Below are positions 56,429 to 64,000 of a stretch of 64,000 bases of DNA, piece after piece. Both the position numbers and the translations under genes were made by a program. Within the stretch, counting starts at the first letter, position 1. Every line of letters begins with the position of its first letter. The notes beneath the pieces were generated by a model that was not told the DNA's origin, did not search any database, and saw only the letters and a program-made list of their open reading frames with translations. Origin of the DNA: Candidatus Cloacimonadota bacterium (GTDB taxonomy: Bacteria; Cloacimonadota; Cloacimonadia; G963667145); assembly GCA_963667255.1 (NCBI GenBank), contig OY762940.1, forward strand, positions 1,079,503 to 1,143,502. The letters run 5' to 3'.

Positions 56429-56833
56429 TTATTTTAAATCAACTCCGCGAGTGGCAAGGCAGAACTTGGTTGCTCCGGACAATTTGGCGACATCCATAAC
56501 TTTGACTATTTTTTGAAACTCCAAACTCTTATCCGCTTGCACCACGATAATTTTCCCTGGTTGTGAGTTGTCCAATTTCTCTTTGAGTAACCCCGGCAAA
56601 TCGTCCAAATCTATCTGATTTTGGTCTAAATAAACTTGACCTTCGTGATTGATGCTGATGAAGATATTGTTTGTGTAGTCGCTTTGACTACTTGAAGCGT
56701 CCGGCAAATTGACCTTGATGCCCGAATAAGTGATGAAACTCGACGAGACAAGGATAAAAATCAGCAGAAGCATAATAATGTCGGTAAACGAAATCAAAGC
56801 TATGGAACTAATTCTTTTTTTCTTCAAAATCAT
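56429..56833 (-). CDS. exbD: ExbD/TolR biopolymer transport protein
   Basis: Single N-terminal TM helix, about 134 aa, ExbD-like periplasmic domain. Confidence 0.8.
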   Translation of the reverse strand: MILKKKRISSIALISFTDIIMLLLIFILVSSSFITYSGIKVNLPDASSSQSDYTNNIFISINHEGQVYLDQNQIDLDDLPGLLKEKLDNSQPGKIIVVQADKSLEFQKIVKVMDVAKLSGATKFCLATRGVDLK

Positions 56834-56835
56834 GG

Positions 56836-57438
56836 TTAATTAAATTTCCCGATTATCATATTTGCTTTTTGTTGTAAATCAACAGCTTCGTAGTCGAGTT
56901 TGTCCAAGAGCAAATTGTAAAAACTCAAGGCAACGATACCGACGACCAAACCGGCAACCGTGGTAATTAGTGCTTCCCAAATACCTCCTGCCAAAAGAGA
57001 GATGTCAACGCCTCCAGCAGTTTGTTGGATTTTCATAAACACTTTTATCATTCCCAAAACAGTGCCCATAAAACCGAACAAAGGTCCTACGGCTGCAATT
57101 GTGGAGAGACTTCCTAACCCTTTTTCCATAGTGAGGATTTCGCGTTGCACACAGGAAGAGATTGTTTGTTCCACATTTTCGTTTCCCATATTTGACAAAA
57201 CTCCAGCATAGACTCTGGAGATGGGAATTGAATCGACAGCTTCGCACAATTGGTTAGCTCTGTTGAGGTCTTTCTCTTGTATCACTTTGCCAAACTCCAA
57301 TAAGAAATCTTCTTTCTCTTTTCTGTTCTTTTTAAGGCTTAAGAATTTTTCGATAATAATAGCCAAAGCGATGATGGAAAGCATTGCCAAAATTATCATA
57401 ATGTAGCCGCCTTTGACGGCGATAGACAGATAGCTCAT
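56836..57438 (-). CDS. exbB: MotA/TolQ/ExbB proton-channel protein
   Basis: Three TM helices with conserved C-terminal region. Confidence 0.8.
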   Translation of the reverse strand: MSYLSIAVKGGYIMIILAMLSIIALAIIIEKFLSLKKNRKEKEDFLLEFGKVIQEKDLNRANQLCEAVDSIPISRVYAGVLSNMGNENVEQTISSCVQREILTMEKGLGSLSTIAAVGPLFGFMGTVLGMIKVFMKIQQTAGGVDISLLAGGIWEALITTVAGLVVGIVALSFYNLLLDKLDYEAVDLQQKANMIIGKFN

Positions 57439-57452
57439 TTGTTCCTCTCGTT

Positions 57453-58913
57453 TTATTTATCAAATATTTTCGTCATTTCTCTATCGGGAGTTTTGCCTGA
57501 CAAAGAAACAACAATAATTACAATGGAGGCGATAATAAATCCGGGCAATAATTCGTATAAATCAAAAAGACCACCGCTTAAATTTTTCCAAATGATGATG
57601 GTCGCTCCTCCGCTTATCATTCCCCCAATGGCAGCATAGCGAGTCATTCTTTTCCAAAAGAGGCTAAATAAAAGCACCGGTCCGAAGGCTGCTCCAAAGC
57701 CTGCCCAAGCATAAGAAACTAAGCCGAGAACCGAAGAGTTTTGATTGGAAGCAATAATTCCCGCTAACACGGCAACGGCTACAACAGTAATTCTGCTGAC
57801 ATAAACCAACTCTTTTTCGCTGACATCTCTTTTGGTAAAAAACTTGTAAAAATCTTCGGTAAAAGAAGAGGCTACTACGATGAGTTGAGAATCGGCGGTG
57901 CTCATCACGGCAGCAAGAATGGCAGCGAGCATTATTCCGGCAACAAGCGGATGGAAGAAAACTTCGATTAAGAGCATAAAAACTTTTTCGGAGTCGAAGC
58001 CCGCAGGAACGGCTGTAGAGTGAGTGTAAGCATAGCCGATAAGCCCTATCAAAGTGGCGGCTGCAAGACTGACAACAGTCCACGAAACTGCAATAACTCT
58101 GGCTGGACGGACATCTTCTTCTGATTTCAGCCCCATAAATCTGGTGAGAATATGCGGTTGCCCGAAATAGCCAAGCCCCCAAGCCATGGAAGATAAGATT
58201 GTCAGTAGCGAAAGATTTTCTGAGGCTCCAAACTCTCTGAAAATCGATAAATGGTCGCTTATCAAAGAAAAATTGCTGGAAAATATTTTGTATCCAAAAA
58301 TACAGACGAAGCAGATGGAAAACAGCATCAAGAGTCCTTGGAAAAAATCTGTCCAAGACACAGCCAAAAATCCGCCCAAAAAGGTATAGCTGATGATAAC
58401 CACTACGGAAATGAGCAGGGAGTAAATGTAGGGAATGCTGAAAACGGTGTTGAAAAGTTTGGCTCCGGCGACAAATCCCGAGGAGGTATAAATTACAAAA
58501 AAGATAATGATGAAAGCACCAGATAGGAAACGAAGAGTTTTGGATTTATCTTGAAATCTGACTTCCAAATATTCGGAAATTGTCAGAGAATCGTCGGCTG
58601 ATTCGGTAAATCTACGAAGTCTTTTAGCAACGAATTTCCAGTTGCACCAAGTGCCGATAGCAAGACCTAAAGCCATCCAAAAAGCTCCGGCAAGTCCGAA
58701 AGCATAAGCTGCTCCGGGCAGTCCCATCAAAAGCCAACCGCTCATATCCGAAGCACAAGCCGACAGAGCTCCAACCCAAGGACCAAGCGACCTACCGCCC
58801 AAAACATAATCGGACAAACTTTCTGTTTTGCGATAAAAGTGCAAACCGATGAACAGCATAAACACGAAATACAAAGTAAAGGTCAAATAAATACTTCCGT
58901 TATTGACAAACAT
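57453..58913 (-). CDS. Sodium:solute symporter family transporter (PutP-like)
   Basis: SSF-family 13-TM layout; start set at internal Met (MFVNNGS). Confidence 0.75.
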   Translation of the reverse strand: MFVNNGSIYLTFTLYFVFMLFIGLHFYRKTESLSDYVLGGRSLGPWVGALSACASDMSGWLLMGLPGAAYAFGLAGAFWMALGLAIGTWCNWKFVAKRLRRFTESADDSLTISEYLEVRFQDKSKTLRFLSGAFIIIFFVIYTSSGFVAGAKLFNTVFSIPYIYSLLISVVVIISYTFLGGFLAVSWTDFFQGLLMLFSICFVCIFGYKIFSSNFSLISDHLSIFREFGASENLSLLTILSSMAWGLGYFGQPHILTRFMGLKSEEDVRPARVIAVSWTVVSLAAATLIGLIGYAYTHSTAVPAGFDSEKVFMLLIEVFFHPLVAGIMLAAILAAVMSTADSQLIVVASSFTEDFYKFFTKRDVSEKELVYVSRITVVAVAVLAGIIASNQNSSVLGLVSYAWAGFGAAFGPVLLFSLFWKRMTRYAAIGGMISGGATIIIWKNLSGGLFDLYELLPGFIIASIVIIVVSLSGKTPDREMTKIFDK

Positions 58914-59641
58914 TAATTCACTCCTTATAAAAAACAAATTAGGATTCTCACAATGTGTAATAATCACGATAAGTCAGTATTTTGTAACTTATTTTATTGT
59001 CAAATCTAAAAAATTAATCTTTGTTCATTCTTTGAAAGGGGAAACGAGCCAAAAAAACTTCTTTTGTTATAAGGTTGTTAAGATAGCTACTTTTCCCATC
59101 CATCCTCATTCCAGCGAAAGCGGTAATCCAGTCGGGACAAGGTAGGGACATTAGCACTAGCTTCTTTATAAAAAACGAGTTAAGAACGGGCATGAGGATT
59201 AGAGGAGCAGGGAACTTAAACAACAATTCCGTCAGACCCCAATCAACTAAGGCTGGACAACGATTTGGCAAGGGGCTATGTGGATTATTTGGGGGATAAT
59301 AACCTTGATAGAACAGGGAAGAAGAAGGGCAATGATACGAGTATGGCAACGCCAAAGAGAGTGGCACAACCTACTGCTCAAACTCCTGTGCAAAACTTGG
59401 CTCCACAGCCAAAGCCCGAAGAAGAAGAGGAAACAGCAAGAGACGACACAAACGGATTTTGAGAAAAGTCTTGACTTTCTCCTCGAAAAGAATGTTTTGG
59501 GTTTGTTTTAAAGGCAAAACTCTTGACAATTATCCTCACAATCGCCCATTGGATTGTAGTGGGCATAGGAGGAAACGATGGCAAAGGAAAAGTCCTCTTG
59601 GTTGACCACGGTAAAACCACAAAATTGAGGGGAAACACGAA

Positions 59642-60292
59642 ATGAAAGCTATCTTGATATCGCTTGTTGAGAGCATCTTTGCTAATCCTGCAAACTATGG
59701 AATATTTCTTCTTTGTTGTATAGTTTTAACCGCTATTGTAACTATTAAGATTAAAGGGTTTTTGAATAAATGCAAAAATTCTAACAAAAAGTTTGGTAAT
59801 ATAGATAAAAGCTTTGTTAATGTTAATGAAAAGATGGATTCTTTTGGTGGGAAGCTTGATGCTATAGGTGCAAGTTTGATGAATTTATGCACTGCATTAC
59901 ACGAAAAAAAAGTGGTTGTAAAGAATTATACTCCCCAAGCTTTAATTCAGTCAAGTAGCCCCATTAATTTAACAGAAAACGGTATTAAATTTGTAGAAAA
60001 AAGCGGGGCTAAAACTGCTTATTTGTCTATGAAGCAAGAGTTAACCGATAAAGTCCTTAGCAATGCTCCTTACAAAAATTATTTAGACTTTGAACAAGCG
60101 TGTTTAAGGGCAATTGATAACACTCAAAGAGAAGAATTGAACGAGCCTAAAAACTACATATATGAAAATCCTGTTACTAATGGTATTGCTGTTACTATCT
60201 ATGACATTGTTAAAATGATAGGAATTATGCTCAGAAATGACATCTTAAAAGAACATAAAGATATTGTTACCAGTTCGTTAAAAAAGAAATAA
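59642..60292 (+). CDS. Hypothetical membrane-anchored protein
   Basis: N-terminal hydrophobic helix (GIFLLCCIVLTAIVTI); no recognised catalytic motif; directly upstream of Panacea-domain gene. Confidence 0.35.
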   Translation: MKAILISLVESIFANPANYGIFLLCCIVLTAIVTIKIKGFLNKCKNSNKKFGNIDKSFVNVNEKMDSFGGKLDAIGASLMNLCTALHEKKVVVKNYTPQALIQSSSPINLTENGIKFVEKSGAKTAYLSMKQELTDKVLSNAPYKNYLDFEQACLRAIDNTQREELNEPKNYIYENPVTNGIAVTIYDIVKMIGIMLRNDILKEHKDIVTSSLKKK

Positions 60293-60306
60293 TTTTGGAG
60301 TAAGTT

Positions 60307-60780
60307 ATGGGAAAGAAAATTGATGCTGTAGCTATTGCTAAATGGTTTTTGTGCAATATTGATTTGGCAAGTGGAGATTTAATAACTCATTTAAAGTTGC
60401 AAAAATTAGTTTACTATGCTCAAGCGTGGTATTTGGCTCTCAACGACAAAGAGTTGTTTCCCGAAGAAATAGAAGCGTGGGCTCACGGTCCGGTTGTTCC
60501 TTGTATTTTCCAAGCATTTAAAGGGAATGGATTTGACCCTATTCCTTGCCCAAGTGATTGCCCTGTTTTCGATAAGGAAATAACCTCACATCTTAGCGAA
60601 ATACTGGATGTCTATGGTATTTATGAAGCAAAATATTTGGAAAGATTAACTCATCAAGAAGCTCCTTGGCTGCTTGCAAGAGGGAATTTACCTATTGAGG
60701 TTTCTTCTCACAATATTATTTCCAAAGAGAGTATGAAAGATTTTTACAAAAAAATGAACGAAGAAAACAAGAGTGCATAG
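60307..60780 (+). CDS. Panacea-domain (DUF4065, SocA/GepA-like) protein, putative antitoxin
   Basis: LKLQKLVYYAQAWYLA ... WAHGPVVP motifs characteristic of DUF4065. Confidence 0.55.
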   Translation: MGKKIDAVAIAKWFLCNIDLASGDLITHLKLQKLVYYAQAWYLALNDKELFPEEIEAWAHGPVVPCIFQAFKGNGFDPIPCPSDCPVFDKEITSHLSEILDVYGIYEAKYLERLTHQEAPWLLARGNLPIEVSSHNIISKESMKDFYKKMNEENKSA

Positions 60781-61204
60781 GATAAATGCAAAGGTAAATA
60801 ACGAGAACAAAAAAGCCTTTTATGATACATCTATAAAACCAAAAGAAGATTTCCCCAATGTTAGCTTAAAATATTTTAATGATGGGTTTGAGTGTTTTAG
60901 TGAATGGGGAAAGAAAGAGTTAAAGGGGCTTACATCTTTTATAAAAAAACTAAGAAATTCGACTTGGCAAAAGATATTTAACTCTGGTGGCAAGTGTAGT
61001 AAAAACAGTAAGAATGGTTTTGCCTTAACTACTCACAAAGGCAGCAATATTATCAAGAGGCTTTCTGGGAAATTGGCTTATATAGAAAAAAAAGAAATTA
61101 TTTTTTTTGAACTTAGAACGAGTGGGAAAGCGAGAGTTCACGGATTTAAACAAGGGGAAACATTCTTTTTAATTCTTCTCGATAGAAATCACAAACTCTA
61201 TTAA
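60773..61204 (+). CDS. Hypothetical protein, candidate toxin/effector partner of the Panacea-domain protein
   Basis: 8-nt overlap with upstream gene suggests translational coupling; basic protein, no recognised motif. Confidence 0.3.
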   Translation: MHRINAKVNNENKKAFYDTSIKPKEDFPNVSLKYFNDGFECFSEWGKKELKGLTSFIKKLRNSTWQKIFNSGGKCSKNSKNGFALTTHKGSNIIKRLSGKLAYIEKKEIIFFELRTSGKARVHGFKQGETFFLILLDRNHKLY

Positions 61205-61926
61205 TAAATTCTTGTAAAAACAGTAATAGTATAGCCTCCTTTGTAGCCTTCTTTGGGAGGGAATACAGCTTTGGTAACAAGCCTGTCTTTCGATTGTTCA
61301 ATGATGGGGTCGCAAATATCTCCATCGTAAACTAACATCTTTTCGCTATAAGAATATGGAACTCTGTATGGGTCTGTGGAAACTTGGCTTGTCCCATCTA
61401 AGTAAAATGCTTCTGTTTGATTTTTGTGATAGTCTTGACCTGTCTTGTAATGATTGTATAGGTCAAACTTAGTCTTCCAAGTCCCAACCATATAGTCATC
61501 TTTATTCAGATAGCAGGTAGCCTTGATGTAGTATGTTCTCTCTAAATCGTCATACTTTTCTTTGGTTATTCTGTAAGCGAATTTGTCGCCTTTTCCTGCG
61601 AGCAGGAGATTGATTTCTTTTTCGATAAACGATGTAACTTTGCCGTTCTTTTCGGCATCGTAGGTGGTAACACTACCAGAGACCTCGACTCCTCTGTCGA
61701 TGAGAGTCTTGCCAATGAGCATTCGCACTACTTTGTCGTAGGCTTCGTTCTTGGTTTCGCCCTCTTGCAAATGATAGGTGGCTTCTTGGACTGTCTCGTG
61801 GTAGATTGACTTCTGATATTTGAACTCTACTGGGTCTCTGAAATAGTAGTCTCTTGGGTGCCACATAGCAAGCAAAGAAGTGAATATGAGTGTGAGCAAG
61901 ATGAGTAGAGATATTAGCTTTTTCAT
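61201..61926 (-). CDS. Hypothetical secreted protein/lipoprotein
   Basis: Signal peptide MKKLISLLILLTLIFTSLLA; RBS aggaga upstream of internal ATG. Confidence 0.45.
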   Translation of the reverse strand: MKKLISLLILLTLIFTSLLAMWHPRDYYFRDPVEFKYQKSIYHETVQEATYHLQEGETKNEAYDKVVRMLIGKTLIDRGVEVSGSVTTYDAEKNGKVTSFIEKEINLLLAGKGDKFAYRITKEKYDDLERTYYIKATCYLNKDDYMVGTWKTKFDLYNHYKTGQDYHKNQTEAFYLDGTSQVSTDPYRVPYSYSEKMLVYDGDICDPIIEQSKDRLVTKAVFPPKEGYKGGYTITVFTRIY

Positions 61927-62104
61927 TTTACTTGGTCTCCTTTTTTGATTTATTTGAGTTTTCGGGGCATAGGTTGTCAAGAAATTTTAATCTTGTTGTT
62001 TTTATGCAAAAATTCCTTCTTTCAAATAAAAGTTGTTGACACCTGACACGATTTAATAAGTTTCAAACAAAATTTTATAGATATGTTTAACGAAAGGGGT
62101 GTAA

Positions 62105-62815
62105 ATGAACTCATCGCAAATTTTGGCTAAAATGCAAGGTATAGATGATAAGATTAGCGATTTGCTTAAAAAGTCCGCACATCTGCCGGAACAGCTCAAA
62201 GGTCTGCAAGATAAGAAGAGCGAGACAGGAACGGCGTTGGATGAACTTGTTGAGCAAATAAAAAAGTGCAAGGAGTCGCAAAGCTTGTTGGAGCTGGAAG
62301 TGCAGACTAACAAGAACTTGGTCGAGAAATACAAAGAGCAACTTAACTCTATATCTAACAACAAGGAATACAAGGCTTTAAATAGTGAAATAACGCTAAT
62401 TAAAAGCAAAAATGTGCAACTTGATGAAAAAGAGCTCGGTTTGATGGAAGAAGAGAAGTTATTGAATGAGCAGAAGAGAGTTGCCGAAGAGAACAATATA
62501 TCTGCAAAAAAAGCTCTCGAAGAGGGTGAGGCTACTATCAAGGTGCAGATTGACGAAGTGAACAAGCAGATAGAAGCTGAAAAGTCCGAGAGGAATGCAC
62601 TTGCCGGAAAATTGCCGACCTCCCTTGTAAAACAATATGTTCTCTTGATAAAGAAGAAGAATCGTAAAGCTGTTGCTTTTGCTTATAAAGACGCTTGCAG
62701 TGAATGTGGCTTTCGTTTGCGTCCACAATTGCTCTTGGAGCTTGATACTTGCAGTGAGCCGAAAGTGTGTGAGAATTGTGGCAGGTTTTTGATTAAATTG
62801 GAAGAAAATAAATAA
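62105..62815 (+). CDS. Coiled-coil plus C-terminal zinc-ribbon protein (COG1579/DUF164-like)
   Basis: Long heptad-rich region followed by CSECGFRL...CENCGRFL zinc ribbon. Confidence 0.55.
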   Translation: MNSSQILAKMQGIDDKISDLLKKSAHLPEQLKGLQDKKSETGTALDELVEQIKKCKESQSLLELEVQTNKNLVEKYKEQLNSISNNKEYKALNSEITLIKSKNVQLDEKELGLMEEEKLLNEQKRVAEENNISAKKALEEGEATIKVQIDEVNKQIEAEKSERNALAGKLPTSLVKQYVLLIKKKNRKAVAFAYKDACSECGFRLRPQLLLELDTCSEPKVCENCGRFLIKLEENK

Positions 62816-62827
62816 AGATATATTTTT

Positions 62828-63248
62828 GAGGAGAGGATAACATCTCTGCCGAAGTCGATTTTGTTGGCTTCGAAGGAAAGTCCGAACACCGCAGAGCAGA
62901 TTGCTTCTTAATACGGAAGTCTTGGCAACAAGGAATAATCCAACAGAAAGATACTCCAAGCACCTATTTTAGCTTTCAAATTTGTAGAAAATAGGTATAT
63001 TAAAAAGGCTAAAATAGGTGCTTGATAAGGTGAAATGGTGGTGTAAGAGATCACCGGCACGGAGCGTGAGCCTCGTGGACAGGGAGTTTCAATCGGTGCA
63101 ATGCCAAATAGGGGACTGATAGGTTGCTCGCCTTGCTAAGGTCTCGGGTAGGCAGCAAGAGTCGGTTAGTGATAATCGACCGAGATAAATAGAGATAGTT
63201 TGGCTGTTTAGTAGGTCAAAGACAGAATTCGGCTTAATATCTTCTCCT
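62828..63248 (+). ncRNA. rnpB: RNase P RNA (bacterial type A)
   Basis: Conserved blocks GGAAAGTCCGAACACCGCAGAGCAG, GGTGAAATGGTGGTGTAAGAGATCACC, GGGTAGGCAGCAAGAG and 3' ACAGAATTCGGCTTAAT; 10-bp P1 helix aggagaggat/atcttctcct. Confidence 0.8.
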
Positions 63249-63273
63249 TAAAATAATCAAAAGAATGTTGTTA

Positions 63274-64000
63274 TGAAATCTTCGTGGATATTGGCTGAAA
63301 ACAAAGAAAATGAATCTTTGCTCGCGGAACTTGAACGGGAGCTGTCTTGTAGTAGCCGTTTTGCACAAATTTTGCTTAATTTGGATTTGAACTCTTTGCA
63401 AGAAGCAAAATCTTTTTTATCTCCTGAAATTGGAGATTTGTTAAATCCTTTTTCTTTTAAACAGATGACAAAAGCTGTCGAATTGGTGGTAAAAGCAATT
63501 AAGAGAAAGCGAAAAATCATTATCTACGGTGATTTTGACGCTGATGGCATCACTTCGGTAACTGTTCTTTACAGGGGCTTGCGAGAGCTGGGTGCGGATA
63601 TTGACTTTTTTATTCCTGACAGGCTGAAAGATGGTTACGGGCTTAGCATGAGATGTGCGGAGAGGATTTTAGAAGAGCCTCCTTATTTGTTGATAACGGT
63701 CGATTGTGGCATCTCTGCTGCTGATGTGGTGGACAAGCTGAAGGCGGAAAGCGTCAAAGTCATTATCACAGACCACCATTTACCACAGGGCAAGATTCCG
63801 TCCGCTGATGCCGTGCTAAATCCGCAATTGGAAGACAGCGGTTATGCATGCAAATATCTGGCAGGAGTGGGAGTTGCTTTCAAATTGTTAAGCGGAGTTT
63901 GCAGTTTGCTGGAGGTTGACCCTAATCGTTATCTTTATCCGAATTTGATTTTTGTCTGCTTGGGGACTGTGGCAGATATTGTGCCTTTGACAGAGGAGAA
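63274..64000 (+). CDS. recJ: Single-stranded-DNA-specific exonuclease RecJ (3' partial, runs off window)
   Basis: DHH motifs IIYGDFDADGITS, LITVDCGIS, ITDHH in frame from ATG 63274 with no stop before window end. Confidence 0.8.

Noticed and set aside
59014-59511. Small ORFs (65-117 aa) in the putP-Panacea intergenic region
   Set aside because: Low-complexity, mutually overlapping in several frames, no RBS; treated as non-coding.
62053-62959. Minus-strand ORFs of 166-170 aa
   Set aside because: Antisense to the zinc-ribbon gene and overlapping the RNase P RNA; Ser/Leu-rich shadow ORFs.
1-64000. CRISPR arrays or other regularly spaced direct-repeat clusters
   Set aside because: No series of identical 25-40-bp repeats with unique spacers was seen; the only convincing repeats are the IS terminal inverted repeats and their target duplication.

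Overview
64-kb window from a low-GC bacterial chromosome, read under the standard code (TGA terminates conserved genes). Most of it is core housekeeping, but a roughly 5.6-kb insertion at 22.7-28.3 kb carries a candidate undescribed defence cassette. Gene content suggests an anaerobe with a Gram-negative-type envelope (ExbB/ExbD/TonB, LpxH-like, TPR/BatE-like proteins). All calls rest on reading motifs in the supplied translations; no database search, HMM or folding was run, and GC content was judged by eye only. Core content: a nucleoside-type ABC transporter; a tungsten/molybdenum locus (ferredoxin, aldehyde:ferredoxin oxidoreductase, NuoE/F/G-like subunits, MoaD, MobB-like, MoeA, WtpABC-like uptake, MoeB/ThiF-like); two phosphofructokinase paralogues; tRNA-Ser, acpS, tRNA-Arg; infC-rpmI-rplT-pheS-pheT; zapB/zapA-like, rny, ymdB, folD; MATE efflux, IclR, aspartate kinase, M23 peptidase, xseB-ispA-dut, citrate synthase, nadBAC; a CoaE-AroD-AroE fusion; exbB-exbD-tonB; putP-like symporter; RNase P RNA; recJ (3' partial). 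The insertion sits between the tungstate transporter and the MoeB-like gene. It consists of an IS1595-family element (perfect 17-bp inverted repeats, 8-bp target duplication, transposase with one in-frame TGA at a conserved Gly) followed by a tightly packed operon: HerA/DUF87-like ATPase, NurA-like nuclease, DNA methyltransferase. I read this as a candidate modification-linked HerA-NurA defence system; whether it is truly undescribed needs a DefenseFinder/PADLOC and literature check. A second small accessory patch at 59.6-61.2 kb carries a Panacea (DUF4065)-domain antitoxin-like gene with two uncharacterised neighbours.
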